Source: Ylistrum balloti (taxonomy: Eukaryota). Taken from it: a stretch of DNA of 64,000 nt. Location of the stretch: contig NW_026782423.1 in NCBI RefSeq assembly GCF_031769215.1, positions 372,001-436,000 on the forward strand. The letters run 5' to 3'. Both the position numbers and the translations under genes were made by a program. The notes beneath the pieces were generated by a model. That model was not told the origin of the DNA and did not search any database. It was given only the letters and a program-made list of their open reading frames with translations. Positions 1 through 11,242 of this stretch are shown here, piece after piece (positions within the stretch are counted from its first letter, which is position 1; each line of letters starts with the position of its first letter).

Positions 1-1045
1 CTACCATATAGTCTCCAGTCCCAGTCTACAGTGGTATAGGTACCTACCATATAGTCTCCAGTCCCAGTCTACAGGAGTATGTACCTACCATATAGTCTCC
101 AGTCCCAGTCTACAGGGGTATAGGTACCTACCATATAGTCTCCAGTCCCAGTGTACAGGAGTATGTACCTACCACATAGTCTCCAGTCCCAGTCTACAGG
201 AGTACGTACCTACCATATAGTCTCCAGTCCCAGTCTACAGGAGTAAGTACCTACCACATAGTCTCCAGTCCCAGTCTACAGGGGTATAGGTACCTACCAT
301 GTAGTCTCCAGTCCCAGTGTACAGGAGTATGTACCTACCATATAGTCTCCAGTCCCAGTCTACAAGGGTATAGGTACCTACCATATAGTCTCCAGTCCCA
401 GTCTACAGTGGTATAGGTACCTACCATGTAGTCTCCAATCCCAGTCTACAGGAGTATGTACCTACCATATAGTCTCCAGTCCCAGTCTACAAGGGTATAG
501 GTACCTACCATATAGTCTCCAGTCCCAGTGTACAGGAGTATGTACCTACCATATAGTCTCCAGTCCCAGTCTACAGTGGTATAGGTACCTACCATATAGT
601 CTCCAGTCCCAGTCTACAGGGGTAAAGGTACCTACCACATAGTCTCCAGTCCCAGTCTACAGGGGTAAAGGTACCTACCATATAGTCTCCAGTCCCAGTC
701 TACAGTGGTATAGGTACCTACCATATAGTCTCCAGTCCCAGTCTACAGGAGTATGTACCTACCATATAGTCTCCAGTCCCAGTCTACAGTGGTATAGGTA
801 CCTACCATATAGTCTCCAGTCCCAGTCTACAGGAGTACGTACCTACCATATAGTCTCCAGTCCCAGTCTACAGTGGTATAGGTACCTACCATAAAGTCTC
901 TTGTCCCAGTGTACAGGAGTATGTACCTACCATATAGTCTCCAGTCCCAGTCTACAGGGGTATAGGTACCTACCATATAGTCTCCAGTCCCATCTACAGG
1001 GGTATAGGTACCTACCATACAGTCTCCAGTCCCAGTCTACAGGAG
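1..1045. repeat. 41/43-bp minisatellite (~25 copies, truncated by window start), derived from the cathepsin exon 6 end plus its 5' splice site
   Basis: Unit ctaccatatagtctccagtcccagtctacag(t/g)ggtataggtac (43 nt) or ...tacaggagtatgtac (41 nt), with one 42-nt unit at 974-1015. On the minus strand it reads CCT GTA GAC TGG GAC TGG AGA CTA TAT G|GTAGGTAC, i.e. the codons for PVDWDWRLYG plus a donor site. Confidence 0.97.
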
Positions 1046-4000
1046 TGTCTTTCTCACTGTATTTGGTCTTGTCAAAAGGAAGTCCACCATGATGCCCAGG
1101 AGTCCGCCTAAATCCATTCATCATTGACAATTCTTCTACAGATTTATCTGCTAGGTGATTCACAGCTAAAGAGAATGAAAGACCAGCTCTGTTCTTCGAG
1201 TGGATGAATCTAGTGATCAGAAGAAAGAGTCAGATTGTAAAAGATAATATACATAATATTTTTAATCAATATTTATTGATGTATATAAAAAAAATACACG
1301 CTAGAAAATAATTGTATTATAAACATTGCTTTACCTCAGAAATAATTCACAAAAAAGACACCCAAATGTTAAAAGTTTTCAAAACTGATGGAGGTAATGT
1401 TTCCTAAGAATCTCCAGATAGTTGGTGGCAGAGTAAATATAGATATTTAAATATCTCATCGGACAATAACCAGTACCCCATGATCACAACACTTGAAAAA
1501 TACTATAAGTTTATGGAGAATAATATAACTCACAATCATATATTATTTATAAAGATCTCATAAAGATTATAAATACCAATAAATACCCTTAGGCAACTTA
1601 GGATGAATCAAACTGAAAGAATACCTTAGGTTGTTTCTGAAATGATGTTGTCTCTGAGCATGCTCTTTGACTGATTGATATTCACGGCCATGTTTGATTT
1701 TGAATTTTCCGAACAAATCCTCCACATGCTGATCATAGTGGTGAATGTATTCTTTCATGGGGTTCATCAGCACCTGATGTTCACTTGCACCTGGACCAGG
1801 GAAGTCTCCACAAGTCATCCCTATCAAGAACAAGCACATTTATTTAGAACTGAAAGCACAATGTAGGTCTTGCCAACCAAGATAATTTTAATAAGAAAAC
1901 TGGTTAAATACTTCAGATACAGTTTGACCAATCAGATGCCAGCAACGATTCAGTAACTGGACAAGCATCAGTAGCCTTTGATAACAGAACACCCAAATGC
2001 TCAATGCTAGGGGTTTATCTGATACAACATTTGTAAAATTTCATTGAAATCAGCTGACTAGTCTGATAGTATATGTAGATGTTTTGACAAAGATTTATAC
2101 TCGTTTTTAATGAAGAACTAAACATACATTGAAAGGATAAGAATAGATAATCAAGACACAAAACCTCATATGTGTTTTGTTGCACTGGCAAAAGAGCCTA
2201 AGAGGAATTGCTTAAACAAACATTTATGAACTTGCAGGAAGGGTCAGAATAGAAAAGTAAAAAAGGAAATGCATACCTTAGAGGAAAGTTAAAATTTGTG
2301 TACATGTAAAGCTTTATCGAAAATGAAAAAGAGGAGTTGTATAATAAGAAATTATCTGTTTCCCTTGTGTGCTATTTCACAACTAAGGCTCATAACTTTG
2401 CAAGAAAGATGTGCATCACCACAGAGAAAATATGATGCATGCTAAGTTTCACTGAAATTGATCCAAGAGTATTGGATGAACTGTGTCTAGATTTTGTTTG
2501 CACTGGAAGTTAATTTTTGCAAACCTTACCTATTGCAGATTTACTCATCAAAATGAAAAGGTATTTACCTTTAGGATATGCAAATGTACTGTCATCAAAT
2601 TTAGAACTGGCTGTGAAATTTGTGTACTTGATGTAGTATTTGTCATAGTGGGAGCCAAGTAGCGTGTCATAGCCCATCATCTCGTAAAACAATGGACTGC
2701 CGTCAGAGGCAATCCATATTGTATAAGTGTTCTTCTTGTTCCCGACAACATTCACCAGCTGCCACTGGTCAGCCTTCTGACCCAGAATCATACCTTTCCC
2801 AATGTTCTGAAAAAAGAATGGTTAATGAGTTAATACCTTGTTTTGTTAAGTTCAAACAGGAAACATTTACACACCTTTAGATTTCATATCCTACTATATC
2901 ACTATACAATACATCTGTCACAGGTGAAAAAAAACACCAAGAAAATACCAACATGTCAACATAATCATAATCCAATCTCAAATTCCATAAATCTATGGCA
3001 AAATGAACAAAACAGATATTTACACAGAAACTCCTGAAAAAATAGATGAAGAATAAGACCAGGTGTTCCATAAGAGTAAGTATCTTCTGTTTCATCGATG
3101 ACAATCACCATGTGAACCTGGGTCAATTCAAGTATGTAGAATCACATTCTCAAATGAGAACAAGGTATACAACAATGGAACCAACAGGCAAGCTAACGAG
3201 CATCAAACACGCCCACTCCATATCACACAAAGAAATATAATTTTTCTCAATGAGATCACTATGGCAACCATAAGACTTCCCCATAATTTTCATCAACCTG
3301 CATGTTTTGAAACCCTTTGTTATGAGTTTGTCCATCAGTTGACGATTTCTTGCATGAAAATTGTGATAATGGGAACAGGATCTTGAATATTTAATAAACT
3401 GTGACATGTAAATACCATAGGTATGGGATGTAGGAATATTGCAATCAAGAAATGGAAAATTCACAGTAGGGAAATTGAAATCATCACGTTTATCATACAG
3501 CTTGATGTAAAGCTGTCCAAGCTGGTTTTGTTGTAGGAAATGATCAAAATAAGCAGTTGCTGCAGAAAGCCTATTGTGTCTTTGATTTCCAGTTCCAGGT
3601 ATATACGATAGGTGTGGTCAATAAATTTCTGGTTATTTAAAGACAAGACATCATTAATATATCTGAAAGTGTAATAAAAATTACTTTGCAAGGTCTTTGT
3701 GAGGCTTTCAATAAATTCAGCCTCATATGAAAACAAAAACAAGTCAGCCAACAGAGGGGCACAGTTAGTTTCCATAGGTATTGCTAATAGCCATGAAAGA
3801 TCTTATCACTGAACATGACAAAGATGTTGTCGATCAGAAAATCTATCATTTTTACGGTTTCGTCCTCTATATATTTTCTTGGTTTGGACATTTTTTTTAT
3901 GAAATATGCTCCAGTATAGTTCACAACCATATACTGATACTGCCGTTTACCTTTCTCGGAGAAGAAAGCTCTCATAACAAGAGACGAAAGGCATACCTTT

Positions 4001-6712
4001 ATTTATGAATGGGGTATGGTGGTTATCATGGTGAAAAATCTAATGTTTTTATGTTTTTTAGAAGAGGTGTTGAAGATTGGTCGAAAGCTCATTGGAGTTC
4101 TTCAAAACCCAAATACTACCATACATGGGTGTTGAGAAAATGTTTTCTGAAATTTAAGTTAATATTTTGGCCCCACCCCTCAGGCCTCTGATGGTGAAGG
4201 GACACAGTAGTTCATTTTGTTTTTGGTTCATCTTAGGCCAGGGAATCTTTCTGCAAAATTTCATTGAAATTGAAGTAAAAAATATTAAAAGTTTACAGAC
4301 GTATGATGTCAGATAAATGGCGATTGCAATATGTCCCTCTGAGACTTTGTCTCAGGTGACCTAAGAAAATTCAATCTCATTTACCCATAGAAAGCTGGCA
4401 AAAAAAGATACTTAAGTCTGACCGACAAAAAGATTGACATATGGACAGAGAGACAGACTGGTCATATGTCCTGATCACAAAGATACAAAGATAACATGTT
4501 CTGTACCTGGAAACCAGTCAGGTCTGGTAACACACTTTGTATGGTAATGGGTCCATCACTGGTGCCATTCATTCCAAAACAGGTCATTTGGTTTGTCACC
4601 TTGTATGTAGTGATTGGAGCAATCTTAAACCCAACACCATAGGGTTTGACATCTTGGCGCTGAACAGTTTTCACCATTCCTGAAATTTAATCAAATCTGC
4701 AAACGTAAATTCACGCAAGGGCTCGGTGAAACATGTTAACAACTCAATAACCCATGGAATGTTTTTTTATATCTTATAGATTAGACTATGATACCATATT
4801 TGCATGAAAAGAATTCTACTTTGATGAATGAATAAACTAACACCTTTAGATTACAAGTCACAATAACTGTATCACTATAGTTGGTCATACTGGCATGTGT
4901 TGGCTTTATTTATCTTACAGCTAATTACATGATATGTACAAAACATTGTTAATAATATCACATATGTATGTGACTTTTAGGAAATTTTGACATTTTCATT
5001 CAGGGAAAGAATTGGGAGGGGTGGAGGGTTGTTGTTGTTCTCTCCTTCATTCATAATCTTTGTACATAGCTTCTGTTATTTTTAGATTTTACATAAGCAT
5101 TATTGTTGTGAGATATACAAGTAAACAAAAGCAGCCTGATTGTAGGAAACTTTTTCTAATTGAAAATTGGGTGATCAAGCTATAAACTAAATACAATGCA
5201 TGTTTATTGAATAGAACATAGATGAAGACTGATTTAAATATTAACATTTCTGATCATCAGTAATTCTCACTGTTTTTCATAGTGTCATTTTTCCAACCGT
5301 TTCTGGTAATCAATTAATTTGATACAGTCAGCTGAAAACAGCTAGTTACATGTACATATCTCAAATTTTCATTTTTTTGCCCCCTTCCCCTCACCCCTTA
5401 TTGCTCTCACGCTATTATTATACCTCCATAATAGTCCACTCGGCTCATGTTGTTGACACCATCATAATAGGCAGTGAATGGCTCTTTGATTTCTGCATAT
5501 GGTAACTCTAGATCAGCTGTGAGCATATAGCTGGTAGGCCATTGTGGTGGATTATCGCCCCTACACAAGCAGATCACTGGAAAAATATGATATATTTCAT
5601 AGAATATTAGAGTAAATAATGAATATTACTCTGTGGAGCTAATAAATTTTGATGAAACTGATTAAGTTTATGATACAATACAATTGACAAGTAAATGTAG
5701 AAAACAATCATACACTTGTATAATGAACTGTGATTAGGAAAGTTCTTCAACTCAACATTGCAGACTTGTGAAGAATCTTTACCAAAAGGTTGCACAACTT
5801 CACCATAAATGTTGATATTTTCAAAGTTAATTGTAAAAAAATAAATGAGTGTTATGAAATAACAAAGTCATCATTTGGTAAAACATCTATTACCCAAAAT
5901 GAAACATGGGCATCTATTTTTTCTCTTTTTTTTCTGATTTCATTAAAGGTAAAAAAGAGCAAACAACATTCAACAAGAGTTCAACATTTGACAGAAAATA
6001 AGCACCATCCAGCAATAAATATCCTCCCTTGCTCAAAATTAAGCCCCCGCCCTTACCCCAACCCTGACCAAAATTTACGTCTGTTGTTTTTTTATCTGAG
6101 AGAATCTGTACTGGAACTCCCAATGCACCTTCTTAGTGTGATATGTTTGCATTGTCTGATAATGTGTAAGCCATCATGTGTGTTTTTTTTTTGTTTTTTG
6201 ATTTTTTATATTTCTTAAAAAATAAGCAGACCTAGACAAAAACAAGGGATTTTTTTCTCAATCAGGTATCTATAACTAAAGGCAAAAGCTATACGCATTT
6301 GCAAATAAAAAATTCAACCATTACTATGGTTATCAGTGGCAAGATTGAATTGCGATAGGGTTTACCAATGGACGTAAAGAGTACACAGTAATGTATATTT
6401 TTGATAACTTAATGGTTTATCTCACGTACACCAATGCGTCTGAGTTGACAGGAGAAAACTTCTCTGAGTCTCTGTAACGAGTTTACTTTCTTATTGTCTG
6501 ATTATATCCTCGGACAAAACACCTCTTTCATTGAAAACGTCATTTCTATCTTTTTCTTTCCAAAAAATAGACAACTGGAACACATTTCGTGGAAAAGAGT
6601 GTGTAAAAAGTGGAAGTAAAATGGTTAATAGCAGGCATTGTTAAATAGGAAGGATAAATTTGTAATTACCTGCTAAGAGTAAGACAAAACGTCCTGGTCC
6701 TCCTGTCGCCAT
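1016..6712 (-). CDS. 26/29-kDa proteinase / CfaD-like cathepsin L (peptidase C1A with N-terminal extension and I29 propeptide); 5' six exons, catalytic-domain exons lie beyond the left edge
   Basis: Exons (minus): 6712-6670, 5576-5424, 4679-4507, 2806-2569, 1820-1625, 1209-1016. All are GT-AG with matching phases (1,1,0,1,2,1). Translation: signal peptide MATGGPGRFVLLLAVICLC; PQWPTSY..LPYAEIKEPFTAYYD..SRVDYYGG; MGYDTLLGSHYDKY; propeptide FRNNLRFIHSKNR..LAVNHLAD; mature-enzyme start PVDWDWRLYG. Confidence 0.93.
3050..4010 (-). mobile_element. Degraded Penelope-like retroelement RT fragment (intron 3 of the cathepsin)
   Basis: Broken frames give FLIDNIFV, TNCAPLLADLFLFSYEAEFI, FRYINDVLSLNN (YIDD-like), ELEIKDT and VNFPFLDCNIP..YGIY.SQ.I.YSRSCS. 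This RT signature differs from LINE RTs and is recognised as PLE-type; the Naiad/Chlamys clade assignment is inference. Confidence 0.75.
4060..4368. mobile_element. HINE/Helentron-associated-like non-autonomous repeat fragment
   Basis: Ends in ...gacgtatgatgtcagataaatggcgattgcaatatgtccctctgagactttgtctcaggtgacctaa, resembling the bivalve HINE terminus (gacggacg...tgatggcaata...aggtgagctaa). Recognised from memory; no database search run. Confidence 0.5.
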
Positions 6713-6729
6713 CTTGACTGCGATAGAAA

Positions 6730-6815
6730 TATCACATGACTTTCAATGTACAATCATATCACATGATCATGACACAAAGTACTTTCGGTTTGTCAAGTGA
6801 CTCGATCACGTGTGA
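6730..6815. promoter_or_regulatory. Cluster of CLEAR/M-box-like E-boxes upstream of the cathepsin ATG
   Basis: TCACATGAC at 6732-6740, TCACATGA at 6759-6766, GTCAAGTGAC at 6792-6801 (one mismatch from CLEAR GTCACGTGAC) and TCACGTG at 6806-6812, all within 100 bp of the ATG at 6712. Confidence 0.55.
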
Positions 6816-9800
6816 CGAATCAGCATGCCTTTCGGAACAGTTACATTAGGCTTTACTGTGACATTTATCCAACTATTTCATAGTTTTATAGATTCACGCA
6901 TAAAAAATGTTGACCTCACTTTTTATATCACGGTCATATATGTAACTACATTTTGCCAAGCTGGTGACTTAAATCCGGAAGTTTTTATTTCTTTACTTTT
7001 CACATCAGTGTATTCAAGTTAGATAACAAATAAAAAAAACTTAATTCCTAATGCACACAAGATTTTTCTTGTATTTCTACAAATATTCCTCGCTCCGACC
7101 AAAACCACTTCCAGAACATTACCAGCAATCTTTCCTGTAGCGTGCTGCGCATGCTCCAGCCTGAGTCGATTTTTCACCTGTACTGTTACTATAGATTATA
7201 TAGAGAGAAAATCTTTAAACTTGAATAAAGCATTTTTTCGTTCAAATGACAGTATTTTCCCCGTATACATTTGGATGATAATTTTATAAGCTTTAATATG
7301 ATATTTGAAAATTAAAAACAAGTTGTGAGGAATCGGTGCCATCAGACGTTTCTGACGTCAATTTTCCTGGCTTATCAACAACAAGTCGATGGGACGGCTG
7401 TAACTTATGCTATCAGTGTTATTTCTTCCGTGCAGAACCATTATTTTTTTTATAACACATATGCGTGTGTTTAATGTACTTTAACTATCATTCTGATTAA
7501 GATCTAGGCAGTTTACATACTAAAAGTCAGTGTCTTTTGAGTTGTACAATTTTTCAGTGATGACAGATACAAAGCAAGCGTGACTACTATAGGTCAGATG
7601 GATATTCGTCAAACGGGACATTAATTCAATACAGGGGCATATGTTGACTTGATTGAGCATATGGCTGTTTAGCATGACTTAAGTTCACCCAATCGCTATC
7701 TCGGAAACCCACGGAGCATGTGCCACAAACATAGATTCACTACCTTTCTCTATCGTATCTTGTTTTCCACCCCCTCCCCCATCTCCCCAAAGAATATGAC
7801 ATCGCAGAATACGCGACCAACTTCATGATAATCAACAGTAAACAAACAATATAGATGAATTGAGAAGAAAGCATTTGCAGTTTGACTTTAAAACGATGTT
7901 TTCAGTATATATAGATAAAAACGTTGAAAGATTTCAAGTTTGTGTGAGAGTCCTGGTTTATATGATATGAAAATAGGACTAGATGTGATGTGTGACAGAT
8001 TGTTCCACGACAGGTACAAGGAAAAAAAGACTGTGAATGGCAATTTATGGTCGAAGGAGTAGTCGGGAAGAAACTGGTAATCCATCTTTTTCAATTGTCC
8101 TACCAGACCGTGTGTGATATTGAGGATCAAGTTCTGGAGCGTTTAATAATTTATTTTTAATGTGTTAGAGACGCTGTCTGTATCTTACTGATTATTTAGG
8201 TTTGTACCTTGACCGCTCTTCTTTGAATCATTACAGTTTTCAGCCTTAAGTCCCCGAGAGTGCTATGGTACTGCATTTTTGGGCGTACATATATCTAGTC
8301 GGGTTGTTCTTTTGTTTCATGATGTTGTTTCATTTCAGTGCTTCTAAGTATAAGCCTTGGTATGACTTTTTCTACTGTGATTGTAATATTGTTTCCTTGG
8401 TATTTGATTGGATTGCATTAGCGTGTTTCAATCATTTCACACTTGTCAGGGTTAAGGATATCAGCCATTACTATTCCCAGTTTTCTTAAAGATGAAGATC
8501 TTCTTGGAGCACAGGCACAAGACAGAACCTGGAGGGTACCGTGGCGCCTGACAGGACTAAGCAAGTGCTGGACTCTGAAAAAAAACCCCAAAATTACTTT
8601 TTTATGTATCAACAATACTTGGATTAATACCGAAACTTGTAAGTTTAAGTAGAAATCCTCGGTTCTCAATTTTATCCGATGCTTTTGAAAAATTCATAAT
8701 GGCTACATCAGTTTGTTTCTCTTTTGATTTATGTAGCAAAGGAGGGTATCTTTCTCATCATCTATCCATTAGTTTTGTAGAAATGAATGGCACGTCAAAT
8801 GTTTCAATAAAAAAAAATGAAAAATACAAATATATATCAAATATATTTCTATATTTGTTATTTGTTCAAAACTTAAAAAATCTATATATGATGAGCTGTT
8901 CAAATCGACCTGCGTCTCGCATCCGTCGTCCTTTCTTAAACAACATTTATTATCACTATAGATGAAGAGGTGTTCGATGATTCTCAGATTTCATTTGCAG
9001 GTTCAGCTTGGGCCCTGGTTGCAGTCTCTTCTGGAACTGATCGATAAAATAGCTGATAAACGGTCGTCGGGAATTTTAACTACGAATATAAATTTGTTCT
9101 GGAGAATTATGTGATCGATCACTATTAAATACCATACGCAGGTTCGCCTTGGTCCCTAGTTGTGCATAACCCTTGCTGGCTTGGACTGGTCGAAAAAATA
9201 TGACTGACAGATGGCCGTCTGGATTTTGACTATGAAAATTGTTATCGCTGTTTCTTGAAAAGTACAAGAGTTACCTCTCTCATATATCATATGCAAGACC
9301 CTCTTGGACCCAAGAAATTTCAAATAGTTAAAAGAAAGAGGAAAGATGAGAAAAGAAGCTAAAATATCCAATTTTTGATGAAAAAAGAAAGATAAAACAA
9401 TATCTATCCACAAACTCTAGTGATGCTCTTTTCATCATCTTTTCTGTTTTTTTTTTCATTTAGAATTTCATACACGTCAGTGTTGGTGGAAACAGAAATT
9501 ACGATGTTTTCGTCTTTTTCCACAACAGCCGCACATCTCTTTTGTCGGCGATTTTACTACACGCTCAATTGCATATTTTGTATGTTTTTTAATTCTTACA
9601 TGTTATAAAACTTAAGATAGTACCACTACATGTGTATGACTTCATCTACAAGAAAAGTAGTTATATTCTGTAAAATAGCAAAATTTTCGCGAAAATGTAT
9701 TTTTTCTTTCTTTCTTTTTTTTTTTAGCTTTCGGAGAGTATTCAGAAAATTGGATCTTTCACCTAACCATGACAGGTTTATTTCTTTTGACTTTCAATTT

Positions 9801-10324
9801 TGCGGTCCAGTGGTCCATGGTAAATTATATCGCTATTTCTAATCTCTTCACTTTATTGCATTACTCGCTTGACAAACATTATCCTTATTGACCGAGGTGT
9901 CGCGCGCTTTAAAAGGAGAGGAAGCATAAATTACCCAATTTCCTGTCTGAATGATATTTTAAAGACATATGTAATGTGGCCTTTCACCCTGTACGCGAGC
10001 AGCGATAAGGAGCACGCTTGTCGGACATGCGTACACGTATCATTTAATACTTCCGATAGTTAGATACAACATCGTACACATCGTACAAGCAGAGGCACGA
10101 AGGTATGTATTCGTTGTTTATATACGCGAATAGATATTTGTGAAATATGCATGTTGATGCACATCTATCACGTGCACTGGTGTCAGGTCATTTTGTCTCA
10201 GAGGATTGGAAAGACAGGTGAAAAATAAGAACATTTGATTAATTGAAGGAATATGAGTGTCTGTACAATATTGCTACATGTGCCGCCTGGGTAAGAGGAT
10301 ACTAGCACACGATGTCTATTTTTA

Positions 10325-10700
10325 AATGTTTTATACGCCCATCGTATAACAGGCCGTATTATGGTATGATATTGTCCGTTCGTCCGTCCATTCGGACGTC
10401 CTTATTAAACTTTTCCGTGCTTGCCCACTTTGGCACTATTGTTCTATTATTATTTTTTCTCCAGTATGCACAAATAAAACATATTATATGTACACACGAA
10501 GTGGTATTTGTTGACACGCGCCACCAGGATAAGTTACAAACCTTTTTTTAAAAAATTGCATTCGGTCCAGGCATTGGCCATTATGTCAATTTATATCGTC
10601 ATTTTACGATAATTGTGAGCAAATCTTACCTGTGATTTAATTTCAAGTATAAAATATGATTGATTTATTGATACCCTCATATATGTTAATGTATTTTTCC
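10325..10700 (+). mobile_element. HINE/Helentron-associated-like repeat, 5' fragment
   Basis: Starts ttttatacgcccatcgtataacaggccgtattatggtatg followed by a (GTCC)-type microsatellite (tccgttcgtccgtccattcg), the typical HINE/DINE-1-like head. The right end is approximate. Confidence 0.45.
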
Positions 10701-11218
10701 TTGATTAATTTTCATAGTTTATGTCAAATATATTTATAGTCACCACACGATCCAAACCGTAGAATCGTTCCACCGTACCGACTTCCTTCATATTAGTCTT
10801 ATCATTACTTCACGTGACTTTGCTCTTTTTTGCCAATTCAGTGCTTTTTGTTTACATGACATGTTCTGTTTGTTCTTTTAAATGTAGTTCTATAAGTCTG
10901 TTTCAAATGCTGGTTTGAACAATATGGTTTATTCATGAAATTCAAGATACCGATCCGTTATTCTACTTCGTACTTGGGTTTCACATTTGAAAATGGGTAA
11001 TTCTTTAATGTGTTAGAGAATAGCGACCGGTACCTTTTATTGTAAGGTCTACGGAAGATGTTTGATGACGTAATTTATCACTTTTTATTTTGGTGTAAAC
11101 TCTTCATCGATTTCATAGCTCTTTGTTTTCGTTAATTTATCAGTTTAATACTATGTTTTATTGTTTCCGAAATTTTGAATTTTCAATGATTTTGTTAATG
11201 TCAGTCCTTCAGCATATG

Positions 11219-11242
11219 GATGTCGAGTCCAATCCTGGTCCG
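11219..11242 (+). other. 2A-like (StopGo) motif DVESNPGP at the N-terminus of the LINE ORF2
   Basis: GAT GTC GAG TCC AAT CCT GGT CCG = D-V-E-S-N-P-G-P, a perfect D(V/I)ExNPGP match. It is preceded by a hydrophobic run (MILLMSVLQHM) and lies directly before the APE domain. Confidence 0.8.

Noticed and set aside
1-1045. CRISPR-like or repeat-protein reading of the leading array (ORFs 827-1018, 901-1092)
   Set aside because: No unique spacers and no cas genes; the context is eukaryotic and intronic. The mixed 41/43-nt units break any long reading frame.
3150-3975. Selenocysteine recoding in the Penelope-like fragments
   Set aside because: The copies contain frameshifts and assorted stops, so no TGA can be singled out as conserved, and no SECIS is recognisable.
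7888-9842. Several 60-90 aa ORFs as small protein genes
   Set aside because: Low-complexity Phe/Leu/Ile-rich translations typical of AT-rich non-coding DNA; no motifs recognised.
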